Positions 37,190 through 49,707 of a DNA stretch of 51,266 nucleotides are shown here, piece after piece. The first letter of the stretch is position 1, and every line of letters begins with the position of its first letter. The stretch comes from Girardia tigrina. Its lineage: Eukaryota. The stretch is taken from positions 1-51,266 of the forward strand of contig MQRK01225404.1 of assembly GCA_001938485.1 (NCBI GenBank), read 5' to 3'. The notes under the pieces were generated by a model. It saw nothing but the letters and a program-made list of their open reading frames with translations. It was not told where the DNA came from and searched no databases. Both the position numbers and the translations under genes were made by a program.

Positions 37190-37240
37190 GATAAATTGGG
37201 TTTGAAAGCTGAAACTTAATGGAATTGATGGAAGAACATC
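37190..37240 (+). pseudogene. 18S rRNA pseudogene segment, left of the insertion
   Basis: GAAAGCTGAAACTTAATGGAATTGATGGAAG resembles conserved GCAAAGCTGAAACTTAAAGGAATTGACGGAAG. Confidence 0.75.
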
Positions 37241-37276
37241 TGGAAATACTTTAAAATTACTTTTGTTGAGCAACGT

Positions 37277-37753
37277 TCAGGCCCATAGGAACGCGCCCCA
37301 ATCTTTAATCTCCCAATCGTCAATTGTGGTCCTTAAGAGGACCGTATTTCTTTCGCAATTATTTGAATCAGTTGAGGAACCACCGATGAAATAATCTGGT
37401 TGAAACAGTTTCCCAAGATTCGAATTCAGTAGGTAATCGAGAGTGGTACTATTCAATTCAACTATGACGCTGATCAGCACACACTTTCCATGAATTCCAG
37501 AAGCAAAGTAAACGTAAATTCTACGTAATTGCAAATCACCGTCACTTTCGTAAACAGCAGTGGTCGATTTGACAATGTGTTCGATGATGGTTATTTTACA
37601 AAATGTCGTTCCAATACTGTTTCCAAAACTTTGAAATATTCTCATTAATTCATTTTTAGTAGGTGCTGAAATTTCGTCAGTTTCTTTGATATACAATCTC
37701 CGATCGGGAATTCTTACATGATTATCTTCAAATATCTTCATAAAATAATCCAT
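37277..37753 (-). CDS. Orphan 158-aa ORF (from ATG 37753), function unknown
   Basis: Uninterrupted ORF with globular-looking composition in very AT-rich DNA; no recognisable motif. Confidence 0.5.
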   Translation of the reverse strand: MDYFMKIFEDNHVRIPDRRLYIKETDEISAPTKNELMRIFQSFGNSIGTTFCKITIIEHIVKSTTAVYESDGDLQLRRIYVYFASGIHGKCVLISVIVELNSTTLDYLLNSNLGKLFQPDYFIGGSSTDSNNCERNTVLLRTTIDDWEIKDWGAFLWA

Positions 37754-38022
37754 AATCAGAATGAATAATTTTCTTTGATAATTAAATATATTTAATATTT
37801 TTCTCAAATAATTAAAAAATCGATATCTTCATATATTTTTTATTCGAAATCAAAATTAATTAAAAATAAAACATTTAAACAAATCACATTTCTGTTCATC
37901 ATTTAAACACTTTTTTCTTTACATTTTTCATAAAAACTTTTCTTACATATATACAAAAGTAATTTTAAGTAATAATTTTCTTTATTAATTTTGCAGTAAT
38001 TTTTTACTCTAAATAAATATAA

Positions 38023-38074
<52 letters not shown>

Positions 38075-38203
38075 NNNNNNNNNNNNNNNNNNNNNNNNNN
38101 NNNNNNNNNNNNNNNNNNNNNNNNATATATATATATATATTATTGAAATTGGAATTAAAAATTCCAATTCCAAATTTTTCCTTCAATTTCCAATTTGAAC
38201 ATA

Positions 38204-38580
38204 TTAATGGAATTGATGGAAGGACATCACTTGCACAAGAGTCAGTGGCTGAATTTAACGCAGCAGTGAAATGCCAGCGATTTGTCTGGCTTATTCTGAG
38301 TTTTTTTGAAGCTAGAAATGGCCGGGTAATTGCTGAAACAATGTCATATCAGGAATAAAGAATTTTATTTTTCTCCACTTGAGCGAGTAATTTCTAGTAT
38401 GTAAAATTTAGTAGCTTACAATGAATACGTCCCTGCTATTCACTTATACCACCAGGCACTCCTATAGATAAAGTCAGTGAAAAATATAGGTAAATTGTGG
38501 AAAATGTAGCCACTAGACAAGAATCAAAATAAGTGTGTTTCACAGGCCTTAGTAGGACAAAAATGGTTGATTTGGATCAT
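38204..38580 (+). pseudogene. 18S rRNA pseudogene, 3' third with large deletions
   Basis: Collinear relics: GGAATTGATGGAAGG, GCGATTTGTCTGGCTTATTC, GGGTAAT.GCTGAAAC, GAGCGAGTAATTTCTAGTA, ACGTCCCTGC, GTAGG...GGATCAT. Confidence 0.8.
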
Positions 38581-39029
38581 GCAAGTGTTACCAAAAATGC
38601 AATTGTTTACTATGTAAAAATGGATTTACCTATTATTCATTGCTCTCTACCAATATTATGAAACAATGTCCATCAAATACCATTCATATGAGTACCAGAC
38701 ACAATCGTCAACGACTTCTTTTTCAGAGAAATATCTTCATTGGACTCCACAGCAAATATTCTCTTACAAGACCATAGGAAGAAGTTTCAAAGTTTTGCGT
38801 TTTATGTCCATTACAAAGAAGGACTGAAATGAACGATGTACTTCTTCGTTTGAAAAATTCTACCCAGGTTATGATAAGAGAGTTGCGATAATTTCTTTAC
38901 CTGGTACTGTTTTCCAAATACACTATCCCTTCTTTTTTTATACTTGAAAAAGCTTGAAAAATTTTTCCAGTGTTAATAATTGTCTTTACAGTATACCATT
39001 ACAGTGTACTCCATAAAGGTTGTGAAAGT

Positions 39030-39125
39030 ATAGAGATCTCAACCCAATAGAGAATATTTGCGCAATTATTAAAAATTATCAACAGCAAACGAATCTTTGA
39101 AAGTGAAGTGGAGATGTTATTAGAG
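39030..39125 (+). mobile_element. Small Tc1-type transposase relic
   Basis: DLNPIENICAIIK resembles SPDLNPIENxWxxxK. Confidence 0.55.
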
Positions 39126-40984
39126 TCTGAAATCATCCATGTCCAGATGTCTTGAAGGTGTTTTTGCTACCTACTAAATATTTTATTTTTTTTCTGTAAA
39201 CTATGTTAGATGAAATATGCCGATCTTCCATGAATCTCAAATAAATACAAAAAACAGCTGAAAAATAAATGTGCCGAAAATTACATACTTATGATACGGT
39301 CAACGTCTTTCACTTGGTAACTTAAAGTTAAATGTCAAAGTAGTTTGGAATATGTTTCAAAGACGGCTTGGGTTTTCTCCAGATCATTGAAAATACATAA
39401 GGCAATAATTTTAACGGTAATTCCAATACCAGACGAGAGTAAATATGTAAATACATAATTCAGTATCAAAGAGAGAGATTTCCAGAGTTCCATGTGAGCA
39501 TAAACATTAAAAATATTATGACTTTGTATAGATAAATATGAGTGATGCTTGCGAAACTCAAGAAAAGACGTAATCTTATTAACTTTTCTATTGTGCATTA
39601 AAGTAATTTTTCCAGATTCTCTTATATTTATTATGTTATTGTAATACATTGCAATTATATAAAAAAATTTATAACAGACAAATAATTTCGATGGTATAAC
39701 CGTCATCGTCAGGTCACAAAGAGATTCTGATTTTTCAATCTGCCGATATAGGCAAGCATTGATTATTCAATCAATGAATAATTGTGTCCTCTAAACACAC
39801 TCAATAAGGTTGTCGAGAGACTTTTGAACATTAATCATAGAATCTAAAGATCTGATATTTTGTGTTTCACATTTCACTCTATGTCAATAATTATTAAACT
39901 GAGCACACAGAATATTAAAAATAATTGCCTTTAAATGGTGTTTTTGTGTTCAAAAATAAAATGCCACTATTTTTAATTATTTGAATAAATATTTTAATTA
40001 TATTAAAATAATAACTTCGTTCTTATTAACATAATAACAAAAATAAATGCTAAATAGAAAAATTATTACTAAATATTAATATAATTTTGTCCGTTAAAAA
40101 CACTGAAAGAAATTGTATTTTATTTCAGTATTGATTGTTGGCATGATACGGGATGGATAAATGATTTTTTTTGTTTTATTGTACCTCGTTTTGGTAAACG
40201 TTTTTCGATTCCACAAAGGAGTTAAAAGCACTTTAAAATAGTTCGTTTTATGCTTGGAAAGTTTACAATTCTTCATAGTTTTAATAAATTCTCACAAAAA
40301 AAGACAAAAAAATATAGATCTTGCTTGTAAAATATAAATTTTCTTTCGTTGCTTCCTATTTTTGTTAATTTTGTTTTGATAAAATAGGAAGTGTATTGTA
40401 GATTGTACATTCTTGTCTAAAAATACCAATGACTTGTCTCATGGTTGTATGGCTATAAATCTTCTTTCCCTTTATACTTTAATTTTGTAGCTAATTTTTT
40501 CGTTGCTAACTCTTGTTTTATATTTCAACATTATTTATTTGTTTTAAATAATTTAAATATTATCAATATTATTTTCAACAATTATTTTTTATACAAATAG
40601 TATATTTAAAAATTTATAATTTCATTAAGATAAATATAACAAAATTTAAAATGGAAATATATAAATGTAAAGTTACATAAGGAAAAGATACAGTATTGTA
40701 ACGGGCATGAATATAAATTAATTAAAACAAAAAATTATTGTTAACCCTTGGAGATAAAAACGTTTTTCTATTGTTAATTTTTGTATTGTTAAATGTTTGA
40801 CTGAATCAAAATACAAAATGAAGAAGTTTGATTAACAGAGAACATATTGAAACTAAATCAATTAAAAAATATTTAATTATTTTAATATAATGTTGGATAA
40901 GTAATAATGAGAAAACATATTTCAAATTCCATATAAAACATGTCATAATATAATATAAAAAAATAATTATAAATTCATTCTACA

Positions 40985-41395
40985 TACATCGTGCGTTCAA
41001 TAAGTACCCGGCCTAAAGTAAAAAATGTAATTGTAAATTTAAGTTTTTGTGTGATTAAATAAATTAATATAAATTCTAAATTAAGTAATTGTTTTATTTT
41101 ATCAAGCGCATTAAACTTTTCATGGCGACATTTTGAATTTTCGTCAGTGCGATGAATTTATACGTCGAATATCGCAGTGTTATCAAGTTTTTTATGTTGC
41201 AGATGAAGACGACAGGTGACATCTACGATATTTTGCAGTCAACTTCCCTACATGACTCCTTATCTCTGACAACTGTTAAATATTGGGTCAGAGAGTTTAA
41301 ATGTGATCGCTCCTTCGTTTTTTGATCAAGAAATATCATGTCAGCCACAAGACATTTTCGACAAAGTTGATGAAAAATTGAAGAAGATAGTATTA
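40985..41395 (+). mobile_element. Mariner 5' fragment (TIR and HTH)
   Basis: TA-CATCGTGCGTTCAATAAGT TIR-like end; EYRSVIKFF...TTVKYWVREFK. Confidence 0.8.
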
Positions 41396-42359
41396 AGTAT
41401 TTGTCATTTTATATTTGATGGTAAATTTCAATATTTATTTTGATTTAAATATATTTAATAAAAATAAATTCGTCTTAGCCATAAAAAAACCATAAGTCAT
41501 ATTATAAATATTATTAAAAAAATAAATATTATTAAAAACACTAAAAAAGACAGATATTTATAAAAATTAACAAATGGATGAAAATATAATAACTAAATAA
41601 TTTATTAATGATTTCCTATTTTTTCACATTATTTATTATTTATAAAAGCTTTCTTTAATTAATTATCCTCTGGAGTTTATTGTTGCTGGATGATTCTGTG
41701 TGTGAAGAATATTGACAAATATTATTCATATGATAAAAAAATAATATTTTATCATTATTTAAGTATAAAAAAATAAAATATCTTATTGGAAACTTGTTCA
41801 TTATTAGCAACATCAATATTATTCTTCAAACATTTATTAATATTACAAGTAGTAATTTTCAATTCAAAAATTATTCAAACCACTTTGACTATTCGACATC
41901 TTTCTTAATAATTAATTTTCTGAAGATCAAATCAATATATGAAAACAAATGGAAAAATATAAATAAATTATCCGAATTCTTATTTCTTTAAATCAAATTT
42001 AATCTAAACATTTGAAAGAGAAGTATTCATTAATATTTAAAATTACATTAAAAATTTAAATATTACATTTGATATTCTTGTATTAATATTAAAATATTAC
42101 ATTTTAAAAATTACATTAAAAAAATAAATATTACTGTAAAATTCAGTTTTGTGAATTCTACTTAATATTTTTATATTTCAAAATGAATAATTATAAATCC
42201 AAACAAACAATAAATTAGTTTATTATTTCAAGAAAGCCATAAAAGTAAACCTAATAATTACAATTTAACAATTTAATTATTGTCATCAATAAAATCAATT
42301 TTTATTGGTTATAGGATTTCAATCCTATATACGTACAAGAGTAGGTTACTACAATTACA

Positions 42360-42547
42360 TTTGAAAATTTAAATATTACTTTTGAAACATATTTTAAATA
42401 TTTGTCCCTTTAAATTAAAATAACTTATTTTCGAATATTAGGAATCAAATAAAATACTATTCAGCCATCTGGGTAGGAGAGACACAATGTGAATCAACAC
42501 AGAACATACAAAATTTAAAACAAGAAACAATTCAGAACATAATCATA
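42360..42547 (-). repeat. LTR family A copy
   Basis: CCATCTGGGTAGGAGAGACACAAT core. Confidence 0.7.
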
Positions 42548-42744
42548 GCTTAACAAAAAAACTAGAAAATAAAAAAATTTTAACGTACATTCTTTATGTT
42601 GGCAGAACTCTATTAGGCCAAGAGAATTTTTTCGTTATCTTTCATAGAAGGGAAAATAACTATTATTATTTATTAATATTATTAGTACATTTATATCTTT
42701 ACTTTTCGTGTAATATAAAGTTTATATTATAAACTACTTATAAT

Positions 42745-43462
42745 TTATAAGTAGATCCTTCTCAATATCATATTGTTCAGGAACTCCGATGGAACCGTTT
42801 TTTCCAAATTCTGAGACCATTAAAAAGTTTTTTTGCTCAAATTTTCACATTATCATTTATTGTCCTCGAGAATGAGTAAGTGTGCAAAGTTTGAAGAAAA
42901 TTGATTAACGAAAATCCTTCAAAAATATGTATCTAAATTCCATGAATACATATACTTAGAAAGTAAGCAATTGTTTATTCGAACAGTTTTTTAAGTCATT
43001 TTTCAAAATATTTAACTTCTAAAAAATATTAATTAAAAATAATAATTTTTACCATTTCTCAACAAATCCCAAAATAATAAAATGTCATCAAATTATTAAA
43101 ATGCATTTAATTTAAATTTTACTAAAAATATTAAACCTAATTTTAATTGTTAAATTAAAAATATGAACTTATAAAATGATTATTTTAATTATGTTCGAAT
43201 AGTCAATCACTTCAAATTTAAATAAAAAAAATACCAAAAAATCACCATTCTAAATTCAACATACATAAATCAACATACAGCATCCATACATTTACACATT
43301 CAAACAATTTAAAATATTCCTCACAACAATAAAAGTTATTAAAAACAACTTATAAGTTATAAGTAGATATCTTGCAATTAATATTGTTCAGGAACTCCGA
43401 ATTTTCCGTTTTTTCCCATTTTGGGAGTAAAAAGCCTTCAAAAACAGGTTTCTAAATTCCAT

Positions 43463-43498
<36 letters not shown>

Positions 43499-43580
43499 NN
43501 NNNNNNNNNNNNNNNNNNNNNNNNNNNNNNNNNNNNNNNNNNNNNNNNATATATATATATATATATATAGAAAGTAAGCT
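42745..43580 (+). repeat. Two diverged copies of a ~220-bp repeat (~42745-42970 and ~43355-43580), separated by an LTR-A end
   Basis: Shared GTAGAT...ATATTGTTCAGGAACTCCGA and TCTAAATTCCATG...TAGAAAGTAAGC. Confidence 0.65.
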
Positions 43581-43899
43581 AATAAAAAGAATGGAAAAAA
43601 GAAGAATAAAAACGAAAAACGTTTAAATGAATATAAAACCACTTTATAAATAGTTTCATTTTTTTCTTTTCTTGTTAATTTATTAAAAAAAACTTTTTTC
43701 CCTCAATCGTCATTTCAATCTAAAAATATTCTTTAAAACTGCAACACAATGAAAAATTGACAAAAACATAAGAGAAAAAAATACAGAACAATATCTAACG
43801 GACGTAAAGCCAATTAAGTAAATTACTACATTCAACTGCAAATTTCTTTCCCCGAAGCCTATAATATCTAATAAACAAACAGTTTTGTCTGCACAATCA

Positions 43900-45241
43900 A
43901 CAGTAACCACCCCTATAAATTGAACATCTGTTAAGAGGAGGAGAAGGATATTTAGTAGTCAGGCGGAAAGTATGCAAAAATCATTCGATGTGTTTGTCTA
44001 TGCAGCGCTTTCCGTTGCATTAATAATGAAGGGAAAAAAACGAAAAAAAACCTGTAGCATTAGTTGGGAATTCGTGAATTAAATAAAAAATATTAGCTTC
44101 ATTACCAGTGGTAAGCTAACATCTGGCAGTGTGATTATTTTCATTTCGACGAACAGCTGGTGAGTTCTTAAATTCACTTTGTTGTCTAGTGCTATTATTT
44201 GCGAGGTGGATTGCCAACATGCTAATCGCGCCCATAATGCCACAGGCATACGGCTAAAGGGGGCATTTGTTAATTTTCAATCCCCGGGATTGCATGCAGT
44301 TTCCATTTACCTTCTGTTAGGAAAAAAAGAATCAAATCGACGAAAAATAAACCCCCCAACAACAAAATGAGTAAAATTTATATTGGACCTGAAATTTATC
44401 CCTTACTACATAAACTCTTCGTTGTTTCGTTCTTTTTTCAGAGAATGATTATAATTTATTAATTGAATCATTTGTTTGGCACTCTATATAGGACTTCGTC
44501 GTTATCATGTCAATCATGACATATTTTAGCCGTTTTCTTTGCATCGGCGATTCAGGAGGAACGACAGACTAAGAGGGTTAGGGTTAGTTCATCTTGATAT
44601 CACGTACTTAAAATCCCATGTGGCTTGTGTACTGTGTGTAGGTAGGCTATTAAATTTACATACCAACTTACATACAACCTCTTCTTTCGCATTCAACTCA
44701 TACGACAGTAAGCCATGTCCCGACTTCATCTCCTAGTCTTAAGGGAGGCCACTCATCACCATAACACTAATAATTACAGCCGAAATCGAACACCTGTTTG
44801 ATGACTGATTAATAACCTAAAACCAGCAGCAATATTGTAGAGAATTCATCAGACAGGCCACTTAATTGCCGCTATTCTGTATAACAAGTCGTGTCTGCGA
44901 TATATTATAATTCATTGGAGTTAGTATGCCTTTACTCTGCACGCCTGTTTCTTACCAGAAACGTCCATTCAAACCACCTCTACAACCACTTAAATTGTTG
45001 ATTGGCTATATTTTAAACAGATTTAATATCTTTTACATTTGACACATTCGCCAAAATATGTCAGCACGAAACGTCATGAAAATATTTTCCCCAATATCTT
45101 AGAGGATATTTTTCATTTTATCTATCTCTCTCACGCTCATTCAGTCACTCTCTTTCCACATTCTCCTCTCTCTCTCTATCTATCTCCATCTCTATTTATC
45201 TCCATCTCTATTGCTCTTCGGTTACTTCTCCACCTTAACTA
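43900..45241 (+). promoter_or_regulatory. Upstream regulatory region of Atoh8/net
   Basis: No TE motifs seen, less AT-rich; E-boxes at 43923, 44118 and 44152; inverted CCAAT (GATTGGCT, ~45000); CT-rich tract 45120-45215. Confidence 0.5.
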
Positions 45242-46015
45242 ATGGCTAAAATCAAAGATTTATCAAACCATTCATCAAAAGATTTATTGAATTATAACAA
45301 CTCAAACAAATTTTCGAAAAAGAAATCTCGTCAAAAAAAACTCATCTCGTCGTCACAGAAAATCATCGAATATTTTCAAGTCGACAAAAATCTTCCCGAC
45401 CAAATGATCCATTTGAATCATTCGCCTTTTGAAAGGTTCGATGTATTAGAGGTATATTCGAATCTTATTCCCGATGATGATTCCTCATCGTCAATCGATT
45501 GTTCCGTTAAATTATCACATAAAAAATCGGTGTTATCATGTTCCGATTCCGACACTAATAAATCGCCGATTGATGATGAAAATACAAATCAAAATATTTT
45601 ATCACAAATGAATACGATCGGCCATCAATCGCGAAGTTCTTCGGAATGTCACAGTTCGATTACTCGGGATAAATCTCCGATTAATCTCGGTTCGAATAAA
45701 AAGAATTACAAAAGTCTAACCAGAGAGCGACGAGTGGAAGCGAACGCTCGCGAAAGGTCGCGAGTCCATACGATCAGTGCCGCCTTTGAAACGTTAAGAC
45801 ACGCCGTTCCCGGTTATTCCAATTCACCGAAATTATCCAAATTGGGAATCTTACGAATCGCATGTTGTTATATAGAATCACTAAATCAACTTCTTCAAAC
45901 CTCAGATAAAATTGATCCTCAATTCAATTCAAGTTTTAGTAAATGTATTCAAAAACTCGCACAAGTTATCGCATCAGAAAGTAAATTGAAAAATAATACT
46001 TCCAGTTTACGTTGA
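45242..46015 (+). CDS. ATOH8: Atonal-related bHLH transcription factor Atoh8/Net
   Basis: TRERRVEANARERSRVHTISAAFETLRHAVPGYSNSPKLSKLGILRIACCYI is diagnostic of Net/Atoh8; C-terminal FSKCIQK helix also conserved; single exon. Confidence 0.95.
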   Translation: MAKIKDLSNHSSKDLLNYNNSNKFSKKKSRQKKLISSSQKIIEYFQVDKNLPDQMIHLNHSPFERFDVLEVYSNLIPDDDSSSSIDCSVKLSHKKSVLSCSDSDTNKSPIDDENTNQNILSQMNTIGHQSRSSSECHSSITRDKSPINLGSNKKNYKSLTRERRVEANARERSRVHTISAAFETLRHAVPGYSNSPKLSKLGILRIACCYIESLNQLLQTSDKIDPQFNSSFSKCIQKLAQVIASESKLKNNTSSLR

Positions 46016-47516
46016 AAAGAATAATTAAAAAAAAAATTTTAATTTGTAAATGAAATAGATTTAATTATCCAATGAAGGATATTTTGTTCGTTCTTATTTT
46101 CTCTTATTTTTACAAAAAAAATATTATTTTTTTTCTCAATTATAATTAACTATTTTTAATATTCACTCGAATTTGTACTTTTAGAATAATATGATTAATT
46201 AAAACAAAAAATTCATTGAATAAACTTATCGTCATCCTCGTCATCCGAATCACCCTTATCATTACCGAACTCGAACCTTAACAACGTTTTATCAAGATTT
46301 TTTATTATTTAAATTTGATTTAATTAATTTAGCAATGTATGTTTAATTTATTTCGAAAATATTATATTTTTATTTATTTTTGTTAAATTAAATTATATTT
46401 TTCATGAAAAAAAGTTTAATATGAACGTAAAAATAAAACATATTTTATCATATAACAAATCCAAATTGAATTGATGGATTAGAGATAATTATATCGACTT
46501 AAAAAAAACATTTTGTTTAAGTGTGAGTATTTATTAAAACAAAAAAATAATACAAAAAAATAACCAAAAAATCAATTGGAAAATCATTAAGAAATATTAA
46601 AATTATTAATCAAAATTTACAAATTTTATAAATAGCAAAAAAAAACAAACATTTTATTTTTTTTCATATTGAAGAATATTTTCTTTTTTATTGAATTAAG
46701 TAAAAAAGAACACTTGTTTGTATGTAAACCTGTTGGAATGGCAGTGGACGTTGCAGGTGTTTGTTCTGTTTCTGTAAATCAGGAGTTTGTTCTTCTCGAT
46801 TTTATTTTCGGAGTTGTCTTACTTTTTGGGGGATATTTATTGGGTAGAGATTGATCGACTTTGAGTTCCTTTCGGGATGGGAGAATGTTACTGGCTAAAA
46901 TTGTTTTTCTAGGGTAAACGACTGTGTTCATTTTGCCAATATTTTATTTTATTTTTCTTTTAATTGCTTTTAATTTCGTTAGAGATTCTTGTCAGTGGGT
47001 ATTTGGACAGACTAGGTCTATTGTAGACGTTCATGTAGCTGCTTTTTGTTTAGATGACTTTTAGTATGTGATGATGAACCGTACCTTCCTTTTGAAGGAA
47101 TTTTGAGGGAGTTTGGGTTCGAATATTCTTGAAAATTAGTAACGGCTTTCTACAGATATATTATTATTAAATATTTTAAATTGTAATTAAAAGGATTCTC
47201 AACATTTCGTTTATTAATTATCATTAATTACCTTGAATATCTGAAATTAAAATTAAATAAAATTTAAAACATTCAAATCATTTGAAAATCGATTTCGAAT
47301 TTAAATTTTTTCAATATAAATAAGTTATTTTAAAATTAAATTAAAAATTAGAAATTAGAAAACAATCCAAACAACATGTAGTGCAAACTCCAGAAATCGG
47401 AAGAAATCGTAAGTCCTTCATTTTTGCCTTTCAAAGTAATGGTACGAAAACAATCACTATGCTTTAAAAGCATTAAATATATACATTAAATATATTCAAT
47501 CAAATATATATATATA

Positions 47517-47620
47517 CAGTGCGGTTCATAAGTAAGTTCGCACCCTAACAATTTCAATATATCTCAATAAAACGATGAAAAAGTCTTTATTATTTTAATT
47601 GCATTGTTTAAAATGATTAA
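47517..47620 (+). mobile_element. Tc1-like TIR running into an assembly gap
   Basis: TA-CAGTGCGGTTCATAAGTAAGTTCGCACCC. Confidence 0.5.
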
Positions 47621-48460
47621 ANNNNNNNNNNNNNNNNNNNNNNNNNNNNNNNNNNNNNNNNNNNNNNNNNNNNNNNNNNNNNNNNNNNNNNNNNNNNNNN
47701 NNNNNNNNNNNNNNNNNNNNNNNNNNNNNNNNNNNNNNNNNNNNNNNNNNNNNNNNNNNNNNNNNNNNNNNNNNNNNNNNNNNNNNNNNNNNNNNNNNNN
47801 NNNNNNNNNNNNNNNNNNNNNNNNNNNNNNNNNNNNNNNNNNNNNNNNNNNNNNNNNNNNNNNNNNNNNNNNNNNNNNNNNNNNNNNNNNNNNNNNNNNN
47901 NNNNNNNNNNNNNNNNNNNNNNNNNNNNNNNNNNNNNNNNNNNNNNNNNNNNNNNNNNNNNNNNNNNNNNNNNNNNNNNNNNNNNNNNNNNNNNNNNNNN
48001 NNNNNNNNNNNNNNNNNNNNNNNNNNNNNNNNNNNNNNNNNNNNNNNNNNNNNNNNNNNNNNNNNNNNNNNNNNNNNNNNNNNNNNNNNNNNNNNNNNNN
48101 NNNNNNNNNNNNNNNNNNNNNNNNNNNNNNNNNNNNNNNNNNNNNNNNNNNNNNNNNNNNNNNNNNNNNNNNNNNNNNNNNNNNNNNNNNNNNNNNNNNN
48201 NNNNNNNNNNNNNNNNNNNNNNNNNNNNNNNNNNNNNNNNNNNNNNNNNNNNNNNNNNNNNNNNNNNNNNNNNNNNNNNNNNNNNNNNNNNNNNNNNNNN
48301 NNNNNNNNNNNNNNNNNNNNNNNNNNNNNNNNNNNNNNNNNNNNNNNNNNNNNNNNNNNNNNNNNNNNNNNNNNNNNNNNNNNNNNNNNNNNNNNNNNNN
48401 NNNNNNNNNNNNNNNNNNNNNNNNNNNNNNNNNNNNNNNNNNNNNNNNNNNNNNNNNNNN

Positions 48461-48502
<42 letters not shown>

Positions 48503-48803
48503 TCAAATGACTATTTGTAACTGTCATCGATAGTAACTTCATTAAATTATACATTTACTTGTCTGATTTGATATATTTAATTTACAACATATACAACTTC
48601 TATAATAAATTATACATTTTAACTGTCAGGTTTTATGCTTAATTGTTCAAATTTGATGAGTAAAAATCACATCATTTGAAAAAAGTTCTTCAAATTTTTC
48701 ATTTAAGAAAATGTCAGACAACAAAATCATTATCTAAATCCGTGTTCAAAAAGCGTGCGTTGATGGCGGTGGTGGGGTTGGGAATAATTTCATCCTTGAT
48801 CGA

Positions 48804-49043
48804 TTAATTACCCATAAACAAACAATGTCTTGGTAGTCTCTGATCGCTGCCCTGGTCATCCAGCTCGCCTGGCTCTCCGACATTTGCCAAACAATTGGCA
48901 TCCTCATTCACTTCTTGAGTAACCTTCAAATCAACAATTTCCGTTCCATTGTACTTCCAATCGTCGACATTTGGAGTTAAAGTCAAATTATAATCAACCG
49001 GTATAAAGTTTCTCGATAATCGATGTTCGTGGGTTTCTGTCAT
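48804..49043 (-). pseudogene. M1 (puromycin-sensitive-like) aminopeptidase N-terminal fragment fused to unrelated sequence
   Basis: RLSRNFIPVDYNLTLTPN....YNGTEIVDLKV matches the M1 N-terminal motif; no GAMEN/HEXXH seen downstream (a gap follows). Confidence 0.7.
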
Positions 49044-49567
49044 TATTACTTACGCGTTTTTTAATGAAAATTTTGTAATGCAAAATCGTAATAATATAAA
49101 AGAAGATTTAAACTTACAAAACATTTATTTCCATCATTTTTTTCATTTACTGCAGTTTATCAACAACTACAATGTTAATCATAATAAAATTTTTTAATCA
49201 TTTAAATCATCAATGATTTTTCACATTTAAATTAATAATTTTCACCAGTGAATTACCAAGTTCATGAAACACTATGTCATGTAGCAAACATTACTAAGGA
49301 CGTTGACAGTAGTTTGAGCTGCAAGGAGATTAAATGTAACGACAGAATACCTGGGAAAATATTAATAGCTGAACGAATCAGTACATAATCATCAATAGAT
49401 TCAAGGATGTTGAAGAGTTGTTCTTCCATTTTCAAGTTTTAAACAAAGAATCCGGTTTCCGTGATGATGTTAGAAATGATTGCAATTTAATGCATGTACT
49501 TAATTGAATCTAGACTATGGGAAGGAACAAAAAAGAAATTAGAAAATGAATTTTAAGTTCCGAATAT

Positions 49568-49674
49568 TGTAGTATCTTTCAAATAATGGAGTGAATAACG
49601 TTCAATTAATTTTATTTAAAAATCCATTTTACATTTACATCTACAGTGATGTATTTAAACAATACATGTTTATA

Positions 49675-49707
<33 letters not shown>

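Noticed and set aside
38204-38580. Functional reduced (microsporidian or mitochondrial) SSU rRNA, or contamination
   Set aside because: Universally conserved motifs such as GTACACACCGCCCGTC and AAGTCGTAACAAGG are corrupted, so a pseudogene is more likely
38600-39850. Coding-like decayed region including ORF 39335-39706
   Set aside because: Could not assign a family apart from the short Tc1 motif
46690-47150. Possible minus-strand exon fragments
   Set aside because: No consistent frame or recognisable motif
47595-48554. Long ORFs over 300 aa
   Set aside because: Made of N gaps and (AT)n; the same applies to ORFs at 24993, 33705, 38004 and 43388
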